From Verrucomicrobiota bacterium (GTDB lineage: Bacteria; Verrucomicrobiota; Kiritimatiellia; JAAZAB01): 57,479 nucleotides of DNA. Below are positions 28,888 to 36,710 of this stretch, one piece after another (position 1 is the stretch's first letter; each line of letters starts with the position of its first letter). The notes beneath the pieces are model-generated. The model saw only the letters and a list, made by a program, of their open reading frames with translations, did not search any database and was not told the DNA's origin. The translations under genes were made by a program, and so were the position numbers. The DNA is taken from NCBI GenBank assembly GCA_043814705.1, contig JBDRJR010000038.1, positions 1 through 57,479 of the forward strand, in the 5' to 3' direction.

Positions 28888-29080
28888 TGATGATTTATGA
28901 TTGCTGATTTATGATTGAAGAAAACAGGAAACTAACTTGGCTTATGCATCAAAAAAACTTTGGGCGAGAAATTAACTTGATACCGTAAAATTAACCGTCG
29001 TCCATCGGCTATCAGAAATCAGAAATCAGAAATCAGAAATCAGAAATCAGAAATCAGAAATCAGAAATCAGAAATCAGAA
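28888..29080. repeat. Cassette with a degenerate TGATTTA arm and a perfect (ATCAGAA)10 microsatellite
   Basis: Ten exact ATCAGAA units at 29011-29080; inverted degenerate arm at 28888-28917. Confidence 0.9.
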
Positions 29081-29085
29081 ATTCT

Positions 29086-30201
29086 TCAAGTTTCCATAAT
29101 AAGCTTGGCCGCGGCGTTTGCAAGATTGTTTTTTGCCTCGCGCAGGGCCGTCGCCAGGGGCGTGCCCGGCGGCGTTACGGCGATACAGCGCGCAATGCCG
29201 ATTGTCTGCAAATCAAGACCCGCGGCTACTGAACCGCCCAGGGCTATGACCGGTTTGCCGAGCGTCTGTGCCATCCGCGCCACAAACGCGGGTACCTTGC
29301 CGAACGCCGTTTGTTCATCGAGCCGGCCTTCGCCGGTAATTATCAGGTCAGCCTGTATGATGGCTTCTGCCAGCCGGTTTTGCCGCGCCACCCAGGCGGC
29401 GCCGCTCTCCAGCGTTGCATCGAGGAATACGACACAACCGGCGCCCATCCCGCCCGCCGCGCCGCCGCCGGGCTGCGCGGCAATGTCCTTGCCCAGATCG
29501 CGCTGGACGATTGTTGCCCAGTGCGCCAGATTCGATTCCAGTCGTTCCACATCGGCGGGCGTGGCGCCTTTCTGCGGCGCAAATACGCGGGCCGCACCGC
29601 TTGCTCCCAATAACGGATTCTGAACATCAATCAGACAGGTAAAACGCGTCTCTTTCAGGCGTTGATCCGCGGCATCCGTTTCAATGCGTGCCAGGTTGAA
29701 AAGTGCTCCGCCACCTTCGGGTAGAGGCTGGCTGCCGGCCGTCAGCAGGCGGAATCCCAGGGCGGCGGCCATGCCGCACCCGCCATCCACCGTGGCACTG
29801 CCGCCTAAGCCCATGACAATATGCCGACAGCCTCGATCGAGTGCGGCGCGGATGAGGAACCCCGTTCCGGCAGTGGACGTTACCAGCGGCCGATATTCTT
29901 CCGGTCCCCGTAAGCGGGCTAATCCGGAAGCCAGAGCCATTTCAATGACCGCAAATTCAGGGGTCAAGAGCCAGTCAGCCTCAAGCCTACGGCCGAGCGC
30001 GTCACGGGTTGCGGTCGCTATCCGTTCGACTGTGGGCAAACCGGCAAGCACCTCGATAAGTCCGTCACCGCCATCAGACATGGGTATAATGGTCGTGATT
30101 GTATCCGGGCGCCCGGCGCGCAAACCGCGTGCGATGGCTTTACCGACTGCCTGCGCACTCAGGCAGTTCTTAAAACTATTGGGAGCAATGAGGATGTGCA
30201 T
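29086..30201 (-). CDS. glxK: Glycerate kinase (GlxK/GarK family)
   Basis: IAPNSFK, SDGGDG, GLGGSATVDGG, FAPQKGA, GAAGGMG, ITGEG. Confidence 0.93.
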   Translation of the reverse strand: MHILIAPNSFKNCLSAQAVGKAIARGLRAGRPDTITTIIPMSDGGDGLIEVLAGLPTVERIATATRDALGRRLEADWLLTPEFAVIEMALASGLARLRGPEEYRPLVTSTAGTGFLIRAALDRGCRHIVMGLGGSATVDGGCGMAAALGFRLLTAGSQPLPEGGGALFNLARIETDAADQRLKETRFTCLIDVQNPLLGASGAARVFAPQKGATPADVERLESNLAHWATIVQRDLGKDIAAQPGGGAAGGMGAGCVVFLDATLESGAAWVARQNRLAEAIIQADLIITGEGRLDEQTAFGKVPAFVARMAQTLGKPVIALGGSVAAGLDLQTIGIARCIAVTPPGTPLATALREAKNNLANAAAKLIMET

Positions 30202-30314
30202 GGGTTGCCTGATGATCATAGCCGCAAAATGCGCAAAATTCACAAATTATTTTTTAAGCGGGGGTCTTTTTTTGTGTTTTTTTACGGCAAAAATCTTTTT
30301 TCTTATGCCCGTGT

Positions 30315-31403
30315 CTATCGCATGCGCGCCAGCATGAACAACCCGGCTGAGGCGAAAACCAGGTTGGGCAGCCAGGCGCTGACCAACGGCGTCAGCATCT
30401 GGTTCTTGCCCAGCCACTGGCCGAATGTCATCAGGAAATAAAACGCGAAAAATGTCAGGAGCGCAATGATGATGCCGATGAACGCGCCTTTGCGCGCCGC
30501 GCGTATGCCGCAGGGGATGCCGAAAAGCGTTACGACCAGGCAGGTCCATGGCATGGCCAGGCGGACATGCATATCCACGGTAATGCGGGCATTTGTTTTT
30601 TCAGAAAGATTTTTACGGTCACGCATGAATTTCCAGAGGTCCCGGGCTGAAAGAAACATCGGGTCCTTGACTTCCTGCAGAAAATCCTCGGGTGTTTCCG
30701 TCCAGTCCGTCATTTGCCGATGTGGTTCGGCAATCACCGGTCCGACGGGGTTATTGTAGAAATCATGTTTCTGGATCGTGACTTTGAACAGCCACCAGCG
30801 GCCGTCATAAAATTTACCTTCTTCGGCGTGGATCGTGTCGAGATCAGACCCGTCCGGGCGCTGTTGGACGACTTTTATGCCTTGCATATCGTGGGTGGTT
30901 AAGTCGAATTTGCTGATGGCCCAGATGCGGTGTTGCGTCTCGTTGTTGATGGTCAGGTTCAGCGCGTAGCGGGTGGAGAGGTCGTCGCCCTTTTTCTGGC
31001 GCTGGATGAATTGATTGGCCCAGTAGCCGGACCAGGGCACCACAGTTTCCTGGAGCCCCATGATCAGCAGGCTGGCAAAAAAACCAACCAGCATAATGGG
31101 GATGGTCAGCCGCATCAGACTAACCCCGCTGGCGCGCATGGCGGTCAGCTCATTATTCTTGGATAATTGCCAGAGACTGTAAAGCAGGCCCAGCAACAGG
31201 GAAATGGGAACAATAAAAACCAGCATGGCCGGCAAAATATAGATGTAATATCGCGCAATCTGCGGGAACGGCGTCCGGGCGTCAATGAAATCAGAGAGAT
31301 GGTCGAACAGGTCGAAGACGACGAACAACATGCAGAACGTGAGCAGGCAATAGGCCGTCGGCACGATAAAAGAGCGCAGGATATATTTATCAATCAGTTT
31401 CAT
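30315..31403 (-). CDS. lptG: LptF/LptG family LPS export permease
   Basis: IDKYI, NELTAMRASGVS, periplasmic domain, AWLPN. Confidence 0.85.
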   Translation of the reverse strand: MKLIDKYILRSFIVPTAYCLLTFCMLFVVFDLFDHLSDFIDARTPFPQIARYYIYILPAMLVFIVPISLLLGLLYSLWQLSKNNELTAMRASGVSLMRLTIPIMLVGFFASLLIMGLQETVVPWSGYWANQFIQRQKKGDDLSTRYALNLTINNETQHRIWAISKFDLTTHDMQGIKVVQQRPDGSDLDTIHAEEGKFYDGRWWLFKVTIQKHDFYNNPVGPVIAEPHRQMTDWTETPEDFLQEVKDPMFLSARDLWKFMRDRKNLSEKTNARITVDMHVRLAMPWTCLVVTLFGIPCGIRAARKGAFIGIIIALLTFFAFYFLMTFGQWLGKNQMLTPLVSAWLPNLVFASAGLFMLARMR

Positions 31404-31409
31404 TGGTCA

Positions 31410-31539
31410 AGGCTGAAGCTGTTTAGGCTGCAGGCTATTAGGGAAGACGACAGGAATTGGCTACCGCGCATCGCCAGGCATGCGGCGAACATGCAACACA
31501 AAAACGGCCTCTTCCTAACAGCCTTCAGCCTACAGTCTA
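31410..31539. repeat. Cassette bracketed by inverted 7-mer arrays (AGGCTG / CAGCCT)
   Basis: AGGCTGAAGCTGTTTAGGCTGCAGGCTATTAGG ... CCTAACAGCCTTCAGCCTACAGTCTA; same unit as inside the MITE. Confidence 0.75.
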
Positions 31540-31763
31540 AATACCTGATCCGTTACGGCAAAGATAGATTAAGGCGAACCCATCGGTTGTCAAGCGGGTT
31601 CGGGGCAGGCAATGGGCAGGCAGGAATGTGCCTGAGATTGACACCCCGGTCCTTTTTTGACACATTCCCATCACAAAAATGCTTTATCCAGCCGGTTTAA
31701 ATGGTCGGATATCATGTCGTCTGAAAAGCAATTGCCTGTCAATCATGGTGGAGGAGTGCTGTC

Positions 31764-33077
31764 ATGAAGCAACGCAAGTCAGTTGCCAAATTGTCTGCGG
31801 GGATCGCACGGCGTTGTATCACGCCGACACGTCCGGTGTTCCAGAGCGGGTACGGGCGCAGTGCGAAGTCCCAGGGCATTTACCAGCAGCTCCACGCGCG
31901 GGCACTGGTACTCAAGGATGCAAAACGTGACTGCATCGCGATTCTTACCGCAGAGCTGCTCGATTTCAGTCAGCCGCTCGTTGATACGATCAAGGCCGGG
32001 GTTAAAAAGCGGCTCGGGCTTGACGAGAGCCAGGTGCTGTTGTCCGCATCGCACACGCACTGTGGCCCGGTCGTGGATGACCAGATTTCCAATCTCTATC
32101 CTGAAGTGGATATGGAATATGTGCATTGGCTCGGCCGGGCTTGTAGCGACACAATCTGCGACGCGGCGCAGGAACTGAAGCCAGTCACGGCGCAGTTTGC
32201 AACCGGGACGGCAGTGTTCGGGATCAACCGGCGTCGGCCCGACCTGCCGGACTGCCCGATGATGCCGAATCCGAGCGGCCGTTGCGATCCCGAGGTGGTA
32301 ATCCTGAAGCTGGCGCAACCCGGTGGGGACCCGGTGGCGATTCTGTTCTCGTACGCCTGTCATCCCACCGTCATGGGTGGGCAGATCATTGGCGGCGATT
32401 ATCCGGGCCACGCGCAACTGCAACTCGAAAAGGAGTTCCCCGGCGCCAATGCCATGTTCCTTGCCGGGTGCTTTGGCGATGTGCGTCCGCGCATGATTAA
32501 CGCAAATGGTTCCTTCAGTAGCGGCATGATTGACGACGTGCGTGCCATGGGACGCGAGTTGTCGTTGGCGGTCATGGCTGGCCTGAGCGGCATGGTGCGG
32601 GATGTCACCGGCCCGCTCCTGCACCGGATTGAGACGGTGCAGTTACCGTACCAGAAGCCGTTGACAAAAGCTGAGTTCAAGAAGGTGGCCGAGCGTGACC
32701 AGGAGGGCAAGGGCAAGTGGGCCAAGACCATGCTGGCGCGGATTGCAAAGGATGGCAAGCTGCCGGCATCGCGGCCATCAACCGTGCAGGCGCTCGGTAT
32801 CGGTCCATTCCGGCTCGTGGCGTTCAGCGATGAGATGTGTGTTGGCTACCAGTTGAAGGTCAAGAAGGGACTGGCGCCGACACCCGCGCTGGTGGCCGGC
32901 TACTGCGGGTGCGTGCGTTCATACGTGCCCACGGCCGACATGATTCCACAGGGCGGGTACGAGGCGCACAGGAACATCGAAGTTTACCTTGAACCCGCGC
33001 CGCTGGCGCCAAAGACGGAGAAGATCCTGATCGCGACTGCATTACGCCTGGCAGGCGCGAAGCGGGGCAATATCTAA
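31764..33077 (+). CDS. Neutral/alkaline ceramidase N-terminal domain-like hydrolase
   Basis: LHARAL, ASHTHCGP, NRR, YACHP, GDYPG, GGYE motifs; RBS GGAGGAG. Confidence 0.8.
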   Translation: MKQRKSVAKLSAGIARRCITPTRPVFQSGYGRSAKSQGIYQQLHARALVLKDAKRDCIAILTAELLDFSQPLVDTIKAGVKKRLGLDESQVLLSASHTHCGPVVDDQISNLYPEVDMEYVHWLGRACSDTICDAAQELKPVTAQFATGTAVFGINRRRPDLPDCPMMPNPSGRCDPEVVILKLAQPGGDPVAILFSYACHPTVMGGQIIGGDYPGHAQLQLEKEFPGANAMFLAGCFGDVRPRMINANGSFSSGMIDDVRAMGRELSLAVMAGLSGMVRDVTGPLLHRIETVQLPYQKPLTKAEFKKVAERDQEGKGKWAKTMLARIAKDGKLPASRPSTVQALGIGPFRLVAFSDEMCVGYQLKVKKGLAPTPALVAGYCGCVRSYVPTADMIPQGGYEAHRNIEVYLEPAPLAPKTEKILIATALRLAGAKRGNI

Positions 33078-33252
33078 CGCGGTCAAATCCCGCAACCCAA
33101 ACTCGCTGTCGCCCGGAGGTCGGTAGCCATCTTATGCATTCCATTAATTACGAATGCTCTTTCAAGGTGGCGGCCGGCGTCCCTGCCGGCCGTCTTTCGG
33201 CATGTTGGCTGGAGAGCGAGTATTCATATCCGGCCTTTGATCCCTCCGGCGG

Positions 33253-34419
33253 TCAGGCAAGAAATCGATGGTCCATCGCCGGACTTAACGGCACGGCGCC
33301 CTGGGCGGTGATCTCGTAGCCGGTCTCAATGCGCACACCGTTAAATTCCGGGTGACCGAAAAAGCTGACATCCACGCAGACGGTCATACCCGGTGTGAGT
33401 ACATCGTCGCTGTTGGGGCCAAAAAACGGCGATTCGGCTTCGTGCAATCCGATCGTATGCACAAACGGACACACGAGGTATTTCGAGAAACCGTGCTTGT
33501 CAAAATAGGCGCGCGCCGGGGCGTCAATTTCCCGGCCTTTGCGGCCGACGACTAATTGTTCCTTGGTCAGACGGAATGCCTCTTTCAAATGCCGCAGGCA
33601 CTCTTGCTGGCGCTGGGTATAACTGCCCGAGACCGGCAGGACATCGCCCACGACACCGGCATAGCCCTGCACCTTGGGCGCAAGGCCGATCATCACCAGT
33701 TCGCCCGCCGCCAGGGGCTTGGAACTCGCCGTGGGTACCACGGCATTGGAGCGCAGGCCGCTACCGACAATGGCGCTGAAACCAAAACCGGTTGCCCCGC
33801 GGCTACGCGCGGCAAACTCGCCCGCCGCGGCCACCGCGATCTCACTGACACCGGGTTTCACCGCCGCCTTCATGGCTGAATAGGCGTGATCTGCCAGGGC
33901 GAATGCGGCACGGATTTGCGCGCGCTCCCATTCGGATTTTATATAACGCAGACGGACGAAGGCGTCGGTGATATCCACCAGTTCGCACTCGCGCATGCCT
34001 TCCACGATCTGGCGATAGCAGTCTGCCGGCATCCGGCCCCCGCCTACCAGGCCGATGCGCTTGACGGACTTCAAGGTGCGGTTCAGTTCCGCAAACAGCT
34101 TGGGAAAATCAATGATCACGGCATTGGGATATTCCTCATTGGGCACCATGAACACGGGGAAATTGCGCGTTTCCTTGATGGCGCTGTCCAGCTTGGCGAA
34201 GGGCTCGCTTTCCGGGCCGCCCAGGATCATGGGGGCGCCTTCGCGCGGCACCAGCACTGCCCCGCTCTCAAACTGAGGGCACCAGCCGGTCAGGTACCAG
34301 CCGTTGCCGATGTTAAACTCGTCGTAATAAACCAGCGCAATATCAAGCTTCCGGTCCTGCAACAATTTTCGAACTTGTTCCATCCGTGAGTCCCGTTCCT
34401 GATCGGTGAGATAGGCCAT
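33253..34419 (-). CDS. M24 (Xaa-Pro peptidase/creatinase) fold protein
   Basis: Creatinase_N-like domain, IKSEWE, HTIGLHE, GVRIE; RBS AAGGA. Confidence 0.85.
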   Translation of the reverse strand: MAYLTDQERDSRMEQVRKLLQDRKLDIALVYYDEFNIGNGWYLTGWCPQFESGAVLVPREGAPMILGGPESEPFAKLDSAIKETRNFPVFMVPNEEYPNAVIIDFPKLFAELNRTLKSVKRIGLVGGGRMPADCYRQIVEGMRECELVDITDAFVRLRYIKSEWERAQIRAAFALADHAYSAMKAAVKPGVSEIAVAAAGEFAARSRGATGFGFSAIVGSGLRSNAVVPTASSKPLAAGELVMIGLAPKVQGYAGVVGDVLPVSGSYTQRQQECLRHLKEAFRLTKEQLVVGRKGREIDAPARAYFDKHGFSKYLVCPFVHTIGLHEAESPFFGPNSDDVLTPGMTVCVDVSFFGHPEFNGVRIETGYEITAQGAVPLSPAMDHRFLA

Positions 34420-34522
34420 GGTGCTTTCCTTGTTTATGATTGTTGATTGCTGATTTCTGATGGCAGGCCACACACTTTACGCCGGACAACGGAAAACAGA
34501 GACTAAAATGAGAGGTCAGATT

Positions 34523-34568
34523 AAAAAAAACGAGAGGCCATGCAGTCGTAGCATGGCCTCTCGTTTTT
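34523..34568 (-). terminator. Intrinsic terminator, probably bidirectional
   Basis: 13 bp stem CGAGAGGCCATGC/GCATGGCCTCTCG with T8 on the minus strand and T5 on the plus strand. Confidence 0.85.
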
Positions 34569-34586
34569 CGACATGCACCATGCGGG

Positions 34587-34676
34587 TTATTTTTTGCTTT
34601 TTTTAGTTTTCTTGGTCTTTTTTGCTTTCCTGACCGGTTTGCATCCACATGGTTTACATCCACATGATTTACACAT
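34587..34676 (-). CDS. 29-aa Cys-rich, Lys-rich small protein MCKSCGCKPCGCKPVRKAKKTKKTKKSKK (absent from the ORF track)
   Basis: Translated by hand; AGGAGG 8 nt upstream; has its own promoter and terminator. Confidence 0.8.
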   Translation of the reverse strand: MCKSCGCKPCGCKPVRKAKKTKKTKKSKK

Positions 34677-34722
34677 AATGTTCGCCTCCTTCCACGGTGA
34701 AAAAACTACGGAATTGTTAATA

Positions 34723-34751
34723 ATGATAGAGCATTTGTCCGGTCGTGTCAA
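34723..34751 (-). promoter_or_regulatory. Near-consensus sigma70 promoter of the small gene
   Basis: Minus strand: TTGACA (34751-34746), 17 bp spacer, TATCAT (34728-34723). Confidence 0.8.
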
Positions 34752-34795
34752 ATTAATTTATGGGGAAATTGGTGAAAAGTTTTGGCTAAAAAAGC

Positions 34796-34846
34796 TTGCA
34801 TTATCCCGTTTTCACGCTATGCTGTCGGTTTTTGTAGGTACAAAAA
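34796..34846 (+). promoter_or_regulatory. Putative trpR-trpB2 promoter and operator-like palindrome
   Basis: TTGCAT, 16 bp spacer, TATGCT, then TTTTTGTA-GG-TACAAAAA at 34829-34846. Confidence 0.45.
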
Positions 34847-34857
34847 ACGGGAAGCCC

Positions 34858-35259
34858 ATGCCGAAGGAAGCCCTAAACGAATTGGCCGCCGTGCTGGCCG
34901 ATACGAATGATAGCGCCGCTATGCAGGACTTGCTCGAGGCCCTGCTCACACCCCGGGAGCGGGCGCGGCTGGCCCTGCGTTGGCACCTGGTTTGCCTGCT
35001 GACTTCCGGCATGCATCAGCGCGCGATTGCCCGGCAACTGGGCATCAGCCTTTGCAATATCACGCGCGGCTCCCGCGAACTGAAGCGGCGATCAGTGTTT
35101 CGACAGAAGGTCGGTCAATTTGTTAATGATCAATTAAAATTCAAGCCGGGTGTAAACCCGCCTGCAATCTCGCCGCGGTGGATAGCACTGCCTGCCCGCA
35201 ATGCTACGCATAGCGTTGCAGGCGGACGGGCAGGCCCTCGGAAAGGAAAAAAAACATGA
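34858..35259 (+). CDS. trpR: Trp repressor family (TrpR/YerC) regulator
   Basis: LLTPRE..L..RW, QRAIARQLGISLCNITRGSRELK; coupled to trpB2; C-terminal tail is repeat-derived. Confidence 0.85.
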   Translation: MPKEALNELAAVLADTNDSAAMQDLLEALLTPRERARLALRWHLVCLLTSGMHQRAIARQLGISLCNITRGSRELKRRSVFRQKVGQFVNDQLKFKPGVNPPAISPRWIALPARNATHSVAGGRAGPRKGKKT

Positions 35260-36626
35260 GCCGCGAATTCAAGGTGTTGTTGAACGATGACGAGATCCCG
35301 CGCCAGTGGTATAACATTCAGGCGGATTTGCCGCACCCTCTGCCGCCGCCGGTGGATACGGAAGGCAAACCGATTGGGCCCGAGGCGCTGGCGCCGGTGT
35401 TTCCCATGAACCTGATCGAGCAGGAAGTCAGCACCCAGCGCTGGATTGATATTCCCGAGGCCATTCTCGAAAAACTGCTCCTGTATCGGCCGAGTCCGCT
35501 TTGCCGCGCCTATGCTTTTGAAAAGGCGTTAAAGACATCGGCGAAAATTTATTATAAGAATGAAGGAGTTTCACCCGGGGGCAGTCACAAAACAAATACG
35601 GCCATTGCCCAGGCTTATTACAATAAAAAGTTCGGCATTAAGCGCCTGACCACCGAAACCGGCGCCGGTCAGTGGGGCAGCGCCCTGGCGATGGCGTGCA
35701 AACTGTTCGAGCTGGTCTGCAAGGTTTACATGGTCCGCATCAGTTTTGAACAGAAACCGTTCCGGAAAATGATGATGAACACCTGGGGCGCGGAATGTGT
35801 CGCGAGCCCCAGTAACCAGACCAAAGCCGGCCGCGCGATCCTGGCCCAGACACCCGATACGCCCGGCAGTCTGGCCATGGCCATCAGCGAGGCGATTGAG
35901 GATGCCGTCACCTCAAAGGACACCCGCTATTCATTGGGCAGTGTGCTCAACCACGTGCTTTTGCACCAAACCATTATCGGGCTGGAGGCGCAGAAACAGT
36001 TTGAGAAAATCGGGGTCTATCCGGATGTCGTCATCGGCTGTGTCGGCGGCGGCTCGAATTTTGCCGGCATCAGTTTTCCATATGTCTGTGACAAGATTCA
36101 TGGCAAAAACGTGCGCGTGATTGCCGTGGAGCCGGCGGCCTGTCCGACGCTCACCCGCGGTCCATTTGTCTACGACTCCGGTGACGTGGCCATGATGACG
36201 CCCCTCCTGCCGATGTATAGTCTGGGCCACGGATTTGTGCCCAAGCCGATTCATGCCGGCGGATTACGTTACCACGGCATGGCGCCGCTGGTGAGCCATG
36301 TCATGCGTGAGAAGTTGATAGAAGCTTTAGCCATTAACCAGCTGGAATGTTATCGCGCGGCGTTGCTTTGGGCGCATACGGAAGGATTTATACCTGCGCC
36401 GGAAACGTCGCATGCCATCGCCGCCGCCGCACGGGAAGCCGTCCGCGCCAGCGAGGAAGGCAAGCAAACAATAATCCTGCTAAACTGGTCCGGCCATGGG
36501 CTTATGGACCTGACCGGGTATGAAAATTATCTCAGCGGCAAGATGGTGGATGCCACCTTGTCGGAAGGCGACTTGAACAAATCGCTCCAGTCGCTGGCAG
36601 GCCTGCCCCCGGCGCCGAAACTGTGA
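35256..36626 (+). CDS. trpB: TrpB2-type tryptophan synthase beta chain
   Basis: IPRQWYNI, GSHKTN, ETGAGQWG, LGSVLNHV, GGGSN, HAGGLRYHG, SGHG. Confidence 0.95.
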   Translation: MSREFKVLLNDDEIPRQWYNIQADLPHPLPPPVDTEGKPIGPEALAPVFPMNLIEQEVSTQRWIDIPEAILEKLLLYRPSPLCRAYAFEKALKTSAKIYYKNEGVSPGGSHKTNTAIAQAYYNKKFGIKRLTTETGAGQWGSALAMACKLFELVCKVYMVRISFEQKPFRKMMMNTWGAECVASPSNQTKAGRAILAQTPDTPGSLAMAISEAIEDAVTSKDTRYSLGSVLNHVLLHQTIIGLEAQKQFEKIGVYPDVVIGCVGGGSNFAGISFPYVCDKIHGKNVRVIAVEPAACPTLTRGPFVYDSGDVAMMTPLLPMYSLGHGFVPKPIHAGGLRYHGMAPLVSHVMREKLIEALAINQLECYRAALLWAHTEGFIPAPETSHAIAAAAREAVRASEEGKQTIILLNWSGHGLMDLTGYENYLSGKMVDATLSEGDLNKSLQSLAGLPPAPKL

Positions 36627-36664
36627 TTTTCGCAAATGCAGAATGAAGGCGGGAAAACAATGTC

Positions 36665-36694
36665 TTCATTAGCATCCCATGGGATGCTAATGAA
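36665..36694. repeat. Perfect 30-bp palindrome made of the MITE end sequence, between convergent genes
   Basis: TTCATTAGCATCCCATGGGATGCTAATGAA. Confidence 0.8.
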
Positions 36695-36710
36695 CTTGTT
36701 TATCCATTCT

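Noticed and set aside
34343-34857. ORF 34343-34663, the upstream extension of 34573-35259, and a trp attenuator interpretation
   Set aside because: These are alternative frames over the 29-aa gene; there is no Trp-codon leader, and the terminator fits the minus-strand small gene
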